NCBI GenBank assembly: GCA_000165425.1
Contig: CT868665.1
Span: forward strand, 186,001 to 250,000
Source of the DNA: Paramecium tetraurelia
Taxonomy: Eukaryota
Length of the DNA: 64,000 nt
Direction: 5' to 3'
Shown here in pieces: positions 39,913 to 53,245 of the stretch. The translations under genes and the position numbers were made by a program. The notes below the pieces were generated by a model. It made no database searches. It saw nothing but the letters and a program-made list of their open reading frames with translations, and was not told where the DNA came from. How positions within the stretch are numbered: the stretch's first letter is position 1; every line of letters begins with the position of its first letter.

Positions 39913-40334
39913 TAATATGAAAGATTAATTATTGACTAAATAAAAGCATTCTTTTTTTTTCTTAATATTATTTATTAATAATATATAAATATTTTATACT
40001 TATTTCATATCTCTTTAAATATTAATGATACTTCTTATATTATAGAATGAATTAAATTAGTCTCTATCTACTTTGATTTAATAAAATTTGATAATAAGAT
40101 TTATTTATTTTCCTTTTGCTCAATTTTAATTAATTAGTATTTTCTAATTAATGTAAAATGAATTTACTTAGAATGTATGATCGATCTACTAATTGCAGTT
40201 TAATTTGAGAATGAGATGTTAAGAAAGAATATTAAGGTATTATACAAACTAATTGATTATTTTTTTTATAATATAAATGTTTTATTGGTAAGAAAGAGAA
40301 TAGGATAACAAATTTTTTATTATTTATGAATATT

Positions 40335-41492
40335 TCATTCCATTTGAATTTTATAATTGTAAAGGTCACAACTTTATAATTTATTATTTTCTATGCTATG
40401 GACTACTCTGTAGCCAGGATTAAAATAGTAAATAGGATAATCTTATGGAGGAGATGTAAAAGTATCTACTGGATCATAAGAAGTAACTGTTAATGTATTT
40501 TCATTTTGGGCTACAGGGATGACAATATTATAAACATTAAAAATGCTTTGCTTTAATGTATTTCTACGAAGGATTCCTTGTAGATTTCCAAATTTAATAG
40601 GTGGGCCCCAAGATGCCCAAGGACCTTTATAATTATAATTGTTAGTAATTGTTGTTGTTGATGTTGTAACATATACTGCCTTAATAGATACATCAGCATA
40701 ACCATTATCGAATAAAGTAAAAGAAATGTAGGATGCATTTTAGGTTGTGGAATGAATAACTGCTGAATTATATTATACATTAGAACTGAATTCATTCGGC
40801 ATATAAATGAGTCCAGTTCTAAATGGAGAGAGTATATTATTTTTGACTAAAGTGTCAACCCAAAAGGCTCCAAGTTTGAATTCTACTACAATCAATTTAT
40901 AATATTATAAGTTATCTTACGAATAAGGCTCAAAAGCTAAATCAGTAATATTGATTTCAGCTGTTCTTGCGAAATAATTTTTATCAAAAACATTTTGAGT
41001 AGTCTTAATACTCCAATCTGATGCTGACCATACTAAAGTGAATAAGGTGACCTTCTTAGACTATATTGTAAATAGTGTATTTTGAACTCCGATTACCCTG
41101 ATTACAGTTTCATTAATATTCGGGAAGTACACAATGTTACCGAATTAAGAGTAATGGGTTTCATTGATGCTTTTATAAGCAATCAAATAAGGTGCTTCTC
41201 CATTTTTTTGGCATCCGACAAAGAATACATCAGAACTTTATTTGAATATCCATAGACAGTCATGAGTCTAAGTCTTAGGAATAGACACTGAACTTAATAA
41301 ATTAAGCTCCTAATCAATTATGAGCACTCTTTTTTCTGCCAAGATGGCATCTGTACTATTTGAAAGTTTGGCATTTGATATAAATTTTCCAAAATAATCC
41401 AAATCAAATTCAATGTATTCATCACAAAAAGCAAGACTTTCTTAAGCCTTACTTAGAATAACTATGAATGATAGGATGTATAACAATATCAT
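40335..41492 (-). CDS. Secreted protein with signal peptide (beta-rich, function unknown)
   Basis: MILLYILSFIVILSKAQE signal peptide; open frame of about 385 codons to TGA 40335. Confidence 0.75.
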
Positions 41493-41642
41493 AAAAAATT
41501 AATTATTGATTTCATATTTAGATTTGTTGCCCTTTTAAATTATGATATTCTATAATTATTTATTATAATAAATTAATATAAACCTTGAGAGTTTTTATTT
41601 TATATATATATTATAAATCCTTCAATAAAAATAAGATCAAAA

Positions 41643-41792
41643 GAATAGTAGCGATTTAGTGAAATCTTTAGATTAGTTCTTAAAATGAAAAACCCATTTG
41701 CTATTTCAAAACAAACATCCAATATATTCAGATTCATACATCATATCTTTCTCTTTTAAAGGTAGTAGTTATTACCATTTGGATTCATACTT
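41643..41792 (+). ncRNA. Candidate box H/ACA snoRNA
   Basis: Hairpin 1 closed by GAATAGTAG/TTGCTATTTC, then AAAACA (ANANNA), hairpin 2 closed by ATCCAA/TTGGAT, then ATA plus 3 nt; about 150 nt, intergenic. Confidence 0.3.
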
Positions 41793-41946
41793 TATATTAT
41801 AAATTGATATTTTCGAATTTTTTATTGAGAAACTGAATAAAACAATGTAATTCCAAAAGAAAGTTATTTCATTTTGTATTATTAAATCAAAATTAAATTT
41901 ATATATGTAAACGAGATAATTTCATCATTCTCAATCAAATATAAGA

Positions 41947-42904
41947 TCAAAATTAAATATAATTTTTCCGTAAAGTTGTTTAAGTTGATTAGAGTGTTGA
42001 TTTAGTTGATTGGAAAGGAGTTGTCATAAGAGTGGCTTGCTTCTTTTTGATCAAAAATCTTCCTGAAGTTAATCTGGGAGAGTGTTACTGGAAGTTGATT
42101 GCCTTCAAGGATATTATTGAATTGTGATTGCTGGTTGTTGTTGAGTGATTTGATAATAAATTAGGTCTTTTTTGGATTGAAGTAAGATATTTGAATTCAA
42201 GTTATGTCTTCTTTTTCATGAATGGTCTAAGTGTGAACAATTGATCTTGAGTTGGATTTTATGGTTTAGTAAATTGTTGATTAACTTTTAATAAGTCAGA
42301 AACTAATTTGGATCTCATTTCAAAAGATATTCGAGCATTCTTATATTAATAATAGTGTACTTTGATTTGAAAAATAAGATCAGTTCTATTAGAACAGTAA
42401 CTCAAATATCTTAAGAGATTCACAAAGTCTGTGGAATAATAATTGTCGTCTCCTATTTCTCTCATCCTTCTCATCATCATTCGAAAAGCTAATCAGTGTA
42501 ATTTGACATCATTACTTTGAGATGTCGACTCATCTTTGATTACTTATTTAAACTCATCCAAATCAATGCATTCTATCTTTGATAAAAAACTTACTATTCC
42601 CATCTTTATCTGTTTTATCAAAAAATGCCTTAAGTAGACTCATATTTACAGGATACTTATTTTTCTTTAACATGGAATACAGCTCGTCCAACTCAATAGA
42701 ATCTTGCATTTTTAATAAGATCCATCACTTACTCGAATGATCTCTGTCGATCAAATGGAAGGTTTCTGTTACTATAACATCATCAAACAATTCCTTCTCT
42801 GTCTTTAGATATTACTCCTTTGTTTTGCTAGCATGTCTTGAATTGAACCAGTTCTTGCTTTCACAATAATGAAGGACTCTCTCTGCAGGAGGCAATATTT
42901 GCAT
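41947..42904 (-). CDS. EF-hand protein
   Basis: FHLIDRDHSNSIELDELY and FFDKTDKDG...IDLDEFK loops across short introns. Confidence 0.8.
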
Positions 42905-42935
42905 TAAAAAATATATTATTTTTATTGTTTTGATA

Positions 42936-44219
42936 ATGGAATTGCAATATGCAAATGTTATTTAAGCATAAATTAAGTACATCTTAGATTCTTCATTCAA
43001 ACTCATATCCGAAAAGATATTATGCAGAAATGTGACTCTCTTAACTGAATGGCAGACTTTTACAACCTCCCATAGTATAACATAACTATCATTTCAAAAA
43101 CATGATTTTGACAAAGATATCATAGAAGATCTAGAAATTAAGCCAACATCTTTGGAGAACTTTTAAGCTTATAAAATCAGCCTCAATGAAAAAGTACAAT
43201 CAACTTCCAGAATGAATACTGCTGCTTAAAAAAGTCATAAAGCTCATTTCAAGCTCGTCACACAACATATATTCAATTGGGATAAAGAGTATCATTATTC
43301 ATTAATTCATATTCCTGAACCTGAAGTAGTCATTTCAACTGCAGATGAATAGCTTAGAAGAATGAAAATTTAATAAATTAATGAATCCAATAAATAAAAA
43401 GAGTTATAGCAAAAATAACTCAAAGAAAAGAAGAGGATGAATGAAATGAATCTTAGACTAAAGCAATAATTGAGTAATAAGGAATATACGTACGATTATA
43501 ATTGTTAACTTATTATAAATAAACACTCATAATTACAAACAGATATTGTTCCATAACTTAAGTTTGAAATTTTAAAGGATGAGTAAGGCAATTAAATGAA
43601 AAAGAATTAAAAAAAGAAGAAAGAAGAAATACAATAACAAGTAATTAAGAAAAGGTCAAAAGAACCTTTGATATCATAAAACACTATGAACTTTGGAGAA
43701 TCAAAATCCTTTTTTCTAAATAATGAGGATGAAAATTTCGATAGACAGACCTCTAATATTCCTTTTATCAAACTTAGTAGAGGTGTTAGATTAACAGAAG
43801 ATAATCATGAATTGCAATTTGATGCTCCATCACAACCAATATAACTATAACTCTAAAGAAAAGAATCTATTCATTTAGATTCTTAACATTAAAATTAATC
43901 AACATATTTAAGATTTAATATCTTAGACAAATCGAAAGAAAAAGTTATTAAAAGTAATAAATCTTGTATCAAAACTGAAAGAAACTATGACTATTTAAAG
44001 GTAGAGAAAGAAGATAGCACTTATCGATTCAAAACTTCTGCTCACCAAAATATCAATAAATCCCAATAGGCTCATCAATTAATCATTGATAATACTATTC
44101 TTAGGCAAGACCTTGTAAAATTGCCCAAAGTTCGATCCAGATCAATTAATATTAGAAGCAAAAAGGATAGATAAATAGCAATTCATTCTAAGGATCAAAT
44201 AACTAACTAGAATATTTGA
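42936..44219 (+). CDS. Hypothetical protein (coiled coil; KEYTYDYN and IKLSRGVRL motifs)
   Basis: Continuous frame from ATG 42936 to TGA 44217-44219. Confidence 0.7.
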
Positions 44220-44333
44220 TAATTTTTTCAATTGATTATGACAGCATTTTGTTTCTTCTTAAATAAATCAATTTACTAAAACATTAATAAATGCAATGAA
44301 ACACCAGTATTATATTAATAAATTTTTCAAAAT

Positions 44334-45200
44334 ATGGAGCAAAAATTGCAATTATTAAATTCAAGCATCCAAGTCGATCCCCATAATCCTCAGATTCCTT
44401 TGACCTTAAGGCATTTGAAAGTACTCAAATATTTTCTAAACTCTAGCTTGAAATTTTTAATGAATTAGCTGTAAATAGATTAGGAACAGAAAAGTTAGCT
44501 TGTAAACTTTATTTAATATCTTTAGTACATTTCTGTGAATTGGAAGTCACCTATTTATTAATTTCAAAACAAATAGAAAATTTTGAATTAGCAATAGAAA
44601 GATTAATGAAATTTTACAATTAAGGTCTTGAAAGTAAGGATAAAGCTCACTACACTGGCATCTACTTAATTTATTTACTATCCTTTAATAAGTATTAAAT
44701 TTAAGTAAATGATTCAATAGATTTGCGTAATATTATTCTTAGATTGAATTATTGCCAAAAGAGATATTCTAACACCCTTTTGTTCATTTTGTACTCTAAT
44801 TAGAATATAAATTGAGCATAGGAAGTTATTCTGATCTTTTAGGTGATTATCATCCAACAGGGATTGAGAATGTATTCTTAGAAAGAATTATGGACACTAT
44901 CAGGTAAAGCAAATTGTTAAAATTTAGATTATAAACAGCTTTAAGTGCCAATGCATCTTACAAATTTCTAACTCTAGAAAATGCTATTAAATTATTTAAT
45001 GTTAAAACTATTCAAGAATTATAATCATTTGCTTAAAAATAACATTTCAAATGGAAATTTGACAATAATCATATTTATTTTGACAATGTAAGTTATCCAA
45101 AATAAATTGATAGATTCAAAATATAGAGAATCCTTTAAATTCAGAATTTTTGATAGCTAATTCCTTAAGATATGTTCATGAGTTTGATAAAATAATATGA
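44334..45200 (+). CDS. RPN12: 26S proteasome lid subunit Rpn12/PSMD8 (CSN8/PSMD8/eIF3K domain)
   Basis: ENFELAIERLMKFY, GIYLIYLLSFN, QIELLP, LEYKLSIGSY, FLERIMDTIR, ASYKFLTL, C-terminal SLRYVHEFDKII; 5 introns. Confidence 0.8.
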
Positions 45201-45384
45201 AAACTTGAGTTTTTTAACTTTTTAATAATATAAATTTTAATGTTTCCAATTAATATATTTAATATAAAATTACTGTTAATATTTTTAATAGTTTCATATT
45301 GTTGTAAGGGCTAAATTCAGAATTATTTAGCTGTGAAATCTCATAGAATTTTTTAAAGAAAAGAAATGTAAATTATCAAAAAAC

Positions 45385-46131
45385 TCAAATATTAATACTT
45401 AATTCATTATCATTATCATCATATTACACTTTGATTATTTCTACATCTGAACTATTGTTTAAAACTTATTTATGATATCTTTTTAGATGTTTTTTCAATA
45501 ATATATATGATTAAAAGTCCCTGTAGCATAAGAAGCAACTGAAAATATAATAATTCTGACAATGCTTCTTCAGAATATGAGGAAAGTAAACTCCAGAGAA
45601 CCCTTAAAAATCACAGGAAGGGCATTAAATAACCTTTTACCCGTTAGCTTTCGAGATCACATTCTTCTTATTTTCCATGTTGTTTACTACCAACTTTATC
45701 ATATTTCTAAGTTCCTTAAACTTCACTTTGCTATGATAGTTCTTTATATACTCAAAATCACAACTTTGAGGTTTTATTGTCAATTTATTTCTCTATCTAA
45801 AATCTTAAATAATATAATTAAGCTTCTAATAACACTCTTATGGAGTTAATTTTAATTGAGAATTAATATCCAAGATTACATTTCGATGATTTTCAGAATT
45901 TATTTTATTTGCTACTTCTCCCGCTTTATCATAATTGAGATGTTTCTTTTTTTGTTTTTTATCTCCTAACTCAATTTAATTTTTTTGCTCTTCCAATAAT
46001 ACTTTTGCTTTATGCAATTCTTCATCTTTATAAGAATCATCATTTTTAAACAAGATTGTGGTAAGTATTTAAGTACAATCAAGTTGCATTTCCAATATTT
46101 TTTTCAATATGCTCCTAATTTCCTCGTTCAT
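45385..46131 (-). CDS. Protein with two C2H2 zinc fingers (248 aa)
   Basis: CPSCDFQGFSGVYFPHILKKH and CFLCYRDFQSYILLKKHLKRYH in an intronless frame. Confidence 0.8.
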
Positions 46132-46248
46132 ATTATAGATAATTAACGATTATTAACTAATTAATCATTGATAACTGTTCATTAAATGCAAAATATAATA
46201 GAACATTTTATTATCAAATTATTATAAACCATAAAAGAATAAACAAAT

Positions 46249-47805
46249 TCAAGATTATAATTTCTATATCATTTAGTTTCTCTATATCACTTTATTTAAC
46301 ATTATTTCTTTTTTGTATTTCTCTAGAAATTCTAATTCCTATTTGTTTTTATCATTTTTTTGAGAAATCTCAAGATTTTTTTCTAAAATTTTATTTTATT
46401 TATGTATTTTCTCCAACATATTTTCCATTTATTTTTATTTGGCTAATTTAAAACGATGCTCATTTTTTTCACATAGATTCTACTTTCTTAAATCTAATAA
46501 GGATTAATGTCTAATTAGGATATCATCTGCAATACCTTTTCAAACCACCCACAAGTTTATCATCAGCTTCTTGAAGTTTTGAAATAAGAGAATCAGATCT
46601 TTTCTAATCCAAAGAAACCTAATACTACTCATATTTTTTCATAATCCTACTGTTTTTCGTAGATAAGCTTTTTTACTGTTTGATTTGAGAAATTTCATGC
46701 TTATTAAGTTAGATCTTAAGTTTTAAATTAAAAATTACTTATCTTTATGTTGATTTACTAAAATACAGTTAAACATTTTAATTTTCCTTTTAAGTATAAG
46801 ATTCTTATAATTTTTTCTATTTCTCTTCAAACATCTTCAAACTCTATTATTATTTTCTTCGATCCTCCATTTATTTTTTTTGTAAATAATCATTCAAATA
46901 ATCAGATTTCTTTTTCATAGAATCCATCACTTATTCAATCATGCTCTATTCTTAACTTATTTACATTTATTTCTTCAATTATCTTTCTCTTTCCTTTTCT
47001 TCTCTCTTTTTTAATTATTCCACTTATACATCTTATGATTATAAGAGCTATTTTTATTTTCTTTCAAAATGTAAACTGAGATCTTTTTCTAATTCCTAAA
47101 TCACCTTCTTATGTTCTCTATACTATAATTATTCTTCATATTTATTTTTTTGGCATATCTGATCTACTTTTAAATTCTTTCTTCTTAATTTCTTTCTTAT
47201 TTAATCCAATTATTTTTATTTGTTTTATTCTGCTTTTTAGTAGATTTCAGGGGCTGTCTTACTATAATATTCTTCCTACTTATTTATTTAATCCTAAACA
47301 ATATTTAGAAATCTAAAACTACTAATTATAATAATTACTTATTATAATTTTCAGATTCCTTATTCACTTTTTTATTGAATAATTCCTTTCTTTGGTTGGC
47401 ACTAAGAATAACAGATGTTTATTGATCTTCTCTCTGAGTTTTCCTAGATTCAGATTACTCAGCAATCAAAGACTCATCTTTAAATTTAATATTCTTGGAA
47501 TTTATTTGTTTTGTAACTTATGATTAAATATGCTTTATCTGATTCCTTCGTTTTAGAAGATCATTCAATATTTTATATTTGTTAGTAACGTATTGTAAAT
47601 ATTTGATAAGATTCTAGAGAGGATTTTGTTTCTTTTAATAAAAATCTGCATACTCTTCAACATTTAGATCATCATCTTCTATTTTAAGCATTTCCATAGC
47701 AGCTTGAGTTCTTGGAGAGTTAATATCAAATTGCATCTGAAATACTGTTAATAAATTAGGATTTCTAATGATATTATGCTTTTGATCTGGTTCGGCCTTA
47801 CCACA
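46249..47805 (-). CDS. Coiled-coil protein; 5' end lost in the assembly gap
   Basis: FDINSPRTQAAMEMLKI followed by long Glu/Lys/Gln heptads; the stop position is approximate. Confidence 0.6.
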
Positions 47806-47978
47806 NNNNNNNNNNNNNNNNNNNNNNNNNNNNNNNNNNNNNNNNNNNNNNNNNNNNNNNNNNNNNNNNNNNNNNNNNNNNNNNNNNNNNNNNNNNNNNN
47901 NNNNNNNNNNNNNNNNNNNNNNNNNNNNNNNNNNNNNNNNNNNNNNNNNNNNNNNNNNNNNNNNNNNNNNNNNNNNNN
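47806..47978. other. Assembly gap (N run) followed by a low-quality T/G-rich flank
   Basis: N run, then poly-T and composition-skewed sequence to about 48180. Confidence 0.95.
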
Positions 47979-48401
47979 TTTTTTTTTTTTTTTTTGTGAA
48001 TTTGTTTTTTATTTTTTATGGTAATTTTTGCAGTTATTGGAGGTGAGGATTGGAATAGTTTTGGGGGTTGATTGTTCAGGTGGTCAAAAGGGTTTGAGTT
48101 GGTATGGTTTATATCAGGTTTTTCAGGTTTATTGATTAATTTTTGTTTTGTTGTTTTAAAAAGTTTATTTGTTTTTTTATGGAATATTATATTAGTATTA
48201 AAAATATTGTTAATGGAAATATAAAGTTAAGTAATATTTTGCAATGACAATAAATATTGAATAAGTTTTCTTGATTGTATTACTATTCATTATAATAAGA
48301 TTCGTAAACTCATGAAGCACCATTAATGTTTCAAATAATAATTAAATTAAGTTAACATAATTTTCTATAAGTTAAATGAAAATATATAAAATTAAGGATG
48401 C

Positions 48402-49114
48402 TCAATGATAGACAGACAGCACTTATTTTCTGGCTCCAATAATTTATCTCTTCCACACCTTCTCAGGAATACATTTCCACCTTCTTGTTAGTACTTTGTT
48501 TAAGATGTAAATTGGTAATGAAAGAAATATCAAAATAAAAGTCACTAATAATAGACAGGATGTTAAATCACTACATTTAAATTTAAAATAAATTACCTAA
48601 GGACCGTTGAAGCTGTCAATTTCAACATCATTGAGCTCATATTTAAACATAAACATATTTTAAGCATCTAATTCTTGTTGATTAAGGTATAAAAGAAAAA
48701 TGCTTTTTCCAGAACAATTATTATGTCAGATAAGATAAAGAGTTGAAGTGAAACACTAAATTCTGAACTCCATTTATAGGAGATGGTCATATAGATGATA
48801 GTACAGCCAAAAACTATGAAGACCATTTCAAACAAATTAGAAATAATAAGAGCATTAGCTAATTTTAGAGTCTTATAGTCATTTTCACTCAAATTATATT
48901 CAGTTGAACAAGGATTATGATCAATTAGTTCATTGACATATATTTGGTGATCATTTGAACCTGAATCTGTTTTAGTTTGAGAATCTAGAACAATAGATTT
49001 AACTTTGTTGATCTATTTCATTTGTATTGCTTCTGGCTTTATGGATGTAATTATTATTATTGGTTTGAATCTAAAAGTTGAAGCTGAATTTGAACCCCAT
49101 TTTGATTTAAACAT
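48402..49114 (-). CDS. Membrane protein with about 4 TM helices
   Basis: MFKSKWGSNSAS...ALIISNLFEMVFIVFGCTIIYMTI...LFILSDIIIVLEKAFFFY...; one intron. Confidence 0.7.
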
Positions 49115-49193
49115 ATTAGATAATAGATATTAGTTGTACGAATTAAAGAAAGATACTTTGATTTATTTTTGAATAATTGGTCATTTTAAGAAA

Positions 49194-49598
49194 ATGAGAG
49201 AGTTTAAGTTAAATGAAAAAATTGAATAATATGTATTAAAGATTATATAATATAAATTAATTGTAATGCTATAAGTATTAATATCATTAAGAGAGAAGAA
49301 GGAGAGCTTAAAGAAATAAAAGATTGCTTTAGAGGAAGAGTTGAACTAATTGTTAAACTATTTAGAATAGGGTTCAAAGAAACTCAGTGATGCTTATAAT
49401 GTAAAATGCTAGAGCACAGAATTTGAGATAAAGAAGAAAGAAATACAAAAGCAAATGGAAAAGGAGAGTTTAGAAATAGTAAAGAATTAGCAATATTGCA
49501 TTGATTAATAACGAATCTATAAAGAGAGAGCTGATTGGATAGATAAATTTAATGATAAATTAAAGGAAGACTTTAAGTCATGTTAAAAAAAAGAGTGA
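49194..49598 (+). CDS. Small coiled-coil protein
   Basis: EKKESLKKQKIALEEELNQLLNYLE...DKLKEDFKSCQKKE then TGA; first exon uncertain. Confidence 0.55.
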
Positions 49599-49619
49599 GT
49601 GAATATATTTATGTATCTT

Positions 49620-52000
49620 AAGGGAAACAATATAGATTAGAAGCACAGTGGCAAAAGGAATAAAAAGGTTATTTCTATTGTAATTATGTACAATTTTTTT
49701 TGACAAAGAAAACTAGAGACTCTTGTGGGGATTACACAAGATCAAATTACTGAATGATGTTTAATAAAATATGTCAAGCTAAGATGAGGACCACTTGGCT
49801 ACTTCTTTGGGTTATTTAGGATTACTATTGCAGTAAATAGCAAAGATTAAGGGGTTAACTTTGAAATATGAGTTTAAATTTAAGGGAAGCAAGAGTTATA
49901 TCTAATCATAAAATGAGTACATATAATTTAATATACTAGTACTTTGTATTTATTTAGTTAAAGACCCTCTAATTTAAAAATATTGAAATAAAGTTATGGG
50001 TTATTAATTCAAAATCTGTATGTAATAATGGAGGAGTTGAGTGTATAAAAATAATGGAGAATCTAATCATTACCAGCCATCATAGGTAAAATAGGAGAGA
50101 TGTTATGGGTGGATGCTTGATAATTATGATAGTTTTGTAATTTAATAGATATATTATTAAATGCGTTACTATGAAATCATACAAATTTTAAATAATCTTC
50201 TCCATTTTGATAATAGGTTTGAAATGGCATAATTCATCTACCATCCATTCAACGCTATTTCTAATCATCATTCTCCTTTCTCCTCTCATCATANNNNNNN
50301 NNNNNNNNNNNNNNNNNNNNNNNNNNNNNNNNNNNNNNNNNNNNNNNNNNNNNNNNNNNNNNNNNNNNNNNNNNNNNNNNNNNNNNNNNNNNNNNNNNNN
50401 NNNNNNNNNNNNNNNNNNNNNNNNNNNNNNNNNNNNNNNNNNNTCCATCGCGCTTCCTACATCATCCCCTTCCCCCCCACATTTCCCCTCAAAATTTTTT
50501 CCAAGAAGTACATTTCACTTGACTATGACCTCCATACCAGGTAACATGATATAAAACATGCTTTACATCAAAATGCAATCTAAAATTATATCTAAATCAA
50601 TCTTACTCTATAAATAGGTTTCTTCTCTGGTTTACAATATTAAAGTGTCTCATTCAATTTTAATAGCATCTCTTCTTCTTTGAGATTCTAAAATAGATAA
50701 TAAACATCTGCTTCCAAATCAGACATTTTGATTCCTTCTCCATTTACTATACCTGAAACCACTTTAAAATATTTATCAATGTCTTCACAGAAAGAAGCGT
50801 TTTTCAAAATAGCTAAATAAATTATTTCTATCTTTAATTTAGTATACTTGACAGCATAAACTAATCTTATCTCCAATATTTATTTATATTCAAGTAAGGA
50901 TTAAATAATGTACTTTAAGTTTGACTTTATCATTTAATGTTAATTCAGATATTTACATAGGTTTCTTAGGAAGCTGAAAAAAGGTGATTGATTAATTTAA
51001 TGATTAAGAATATACTATTTCTTTTATCTAATGAGTTATTTCCTCTCATTTATTTAAAGTTCAAGGATAACAAATTATCCACACTCTTCTTTTTAAAATA
51101 GAAAGATCTATGAACTAAAGATCGATGGAAATTAATTTAAGAAACAGTTTCCCAAACTTATTTAGCTTTGGTATTTCGTGTTTTTATCAATTCATTTAAT
51201 TTTTACTTGACTCTTTTAAATAAAATTTAACACTTTCAACAAACTTGGTTTAAAACAATTATAGGATATCATTTTGATCCTAAATTTGATTTCTGTAGAA
51301 TTAATTGAACAAACTCAAGATTTATTAATTTTTAATTAAAATTTTTAGAATAATGTTAATTCATAAATTTAATATTCTAATAAAGAGATTAAGTAGGATG
51401 ATAATATATCTTTAGTAAATTAAATCTAAACATTTAATTTTGATTTATACAATCAGATGAAAGTTTTGTCATTGGAATATTAACTATTAAATATCATCTG
51501 ATTTTCGCTAAGATATCTATAACTGTATTATTTTGGAGATGGTGCTTTTTCTAATAATTTATGTGCTAGTTATTCGAGTAATTAATTAATATGAGTATAG
51601 AATCCATTATTTTCAGTAAGTTGTTTTCCAAATTTTTGATTAACATTTTTCGGAATATTAGTTTAAATTATTTCTCTCAATTTTTTATTTTTGTTTTCTC
51701 CTCAACTCATATCATTTAATATTTCAGTAGAAGACGACACTTAAATTACATCAAAAATGGAGATATTTTAATTAATTAAAATTTTAAAGATCAAATAATA
51801 TACTGCAGTATTTTAAAAGCCTTAATCATTCAAGAATTTCTTCTTTATTTTGCTTTTATCTATGTAAATGAAAATTATATTTAATAAATCAAATAATATA
51901 TATGTAATTCAAAATTATTTCTATACTGGTCTGATGAAAAAAAGGGATTATTTGAATTGTATGGCTTAAGACTAAGCGTAAAAATATTAGATAATTAATT
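49620..52000. pseudogene. Block of degenerate gene remnants spanning an assembly gap
   Basis: Minus-strand coding-like frames (FCEDIDKYFKVVSGIVNGEGIKMSDLEADVYYLF; LLEQLAHKLLEKAPSP) interrupted by in-frame TGA and frameshifts. Confidence 0.4.
50294..50443. other. Assembly gap (N run)
   Basis: 150 N bases. Confidence 0.95.
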
Positions 52001-52054
52001 ATCTATAAAATTCATAGTTTATAATAAGAGATTAGAGATAAATTATACTGATTA

Positions 52055-52342
52055 TCAGACTAATGGCGATATTGCTCTCCTTTTTAAAATAGTGTTTTTA
52101 CTACTGTCTAATTGCATTTCTATCCTCAAAGCATTCCTCAGCTTTGTCTTACTCAGCGCATTTCTTTGATTTCGTTGGTTCTATTTATATCTTCCAAATC
52201 CATTAGGTAAATTTAATGGAAAGATGATGGGAGAGTCTTGAAAACTAGTATTTTATTTTGAGGTTACTCTTTTTGTGGATTTTCTTTCAATTAATGGTTC
52301 GCAAATCTCACTTGTGTGATTGACTATTTATGCACAACCCAT
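52055..52342 (-). CDS. Small (95 aa) protein with MGC N-terminus, predicted dually acylated
   Basis: MGCAQIVNHTSEICEP...LDSSKNTILKRRAISPLV, intronless. Confidence 0.7.
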
Positions 52343-53245
52343 TGAGTATTTAATTTTAAGAGAAATTAAAATTAATCTTGAATTATTTTTTTTATTATGA
52401 ATTTAAATTGGAATTTGGCTATTTGATGCAAAATAAAGCCAGTGCATATATTGAGATACCCTGCTTTGAATATTTATATTATTGAGATACACATAAATAA
52501 GATTGATTCAATAATATATTAATAATTATTTTGTATTTATATTTTCTTATTTTAAAAAATATGCAATTCAAAAATTACCCCCCTAATTCAAATGAAACCT
52601 ATTATAATATATCATTGAAATTTTAATGCTGGATAAGCTTAAGAAAAATTAGAGAATCGCTGCTCTTTGCAGAAACTGTGAATAGAAAGGAATTTTTCAA
52701 TAAAACTTAATTATACTATATATACAGCTTAGATGATCGCTTACAATAATAATTAGGAAGTAATCAATTAGATTAGGCAATTAGAAGTTAAGTAATTAAG
52801 AAAGTTATCTTAAATTTATTTATTATTATATATTCGTAAAAAACAAATCTATTGATATACTTTTCTTAACTATAACCCTAAGATTATTATATTCAGGTAA
52901 AATTAGTAAAGGAAAAACTTCACCTTAATATAATCAAGTGAAGAACTAAAGCAGGAATTTAGTTATAAACTGAAATCTAAAAAATAAACTAACAGAAGAA
53001 TTGATTAATGATTATAGTGGGCTAGAGAAAAAATAGAGAGCAAGGAGATTTAAACAATGAAATAAATAAATATGAGATCTAAGGATTAGAAAAGTTTCTT
53101 AAATAATATGCTGAATCAATTATGCAGTCGGTAAGACTATCCTCTTTATAAATTTAAATTGATTTTGACTATTTATCGATTAATTATTGATTTAATTAAA
53201 AATATCTAATTTATATTTCAAGAAGAAAATAGAATAATATTCTTA

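Noticed and set aside
47776..48024. ORF-track entries spanning N runs (also 50188-50554)
   Set aside because: Artefacts of translating through assembly gaps.
47979..48180. T/G-rich tract with poly-T and TTGGGG-like words after the N gap; possible telomere addition site
   Set aside because: No tandem TT(T/G)GGG repeats; it looks like a low-quality read end next to a gap.
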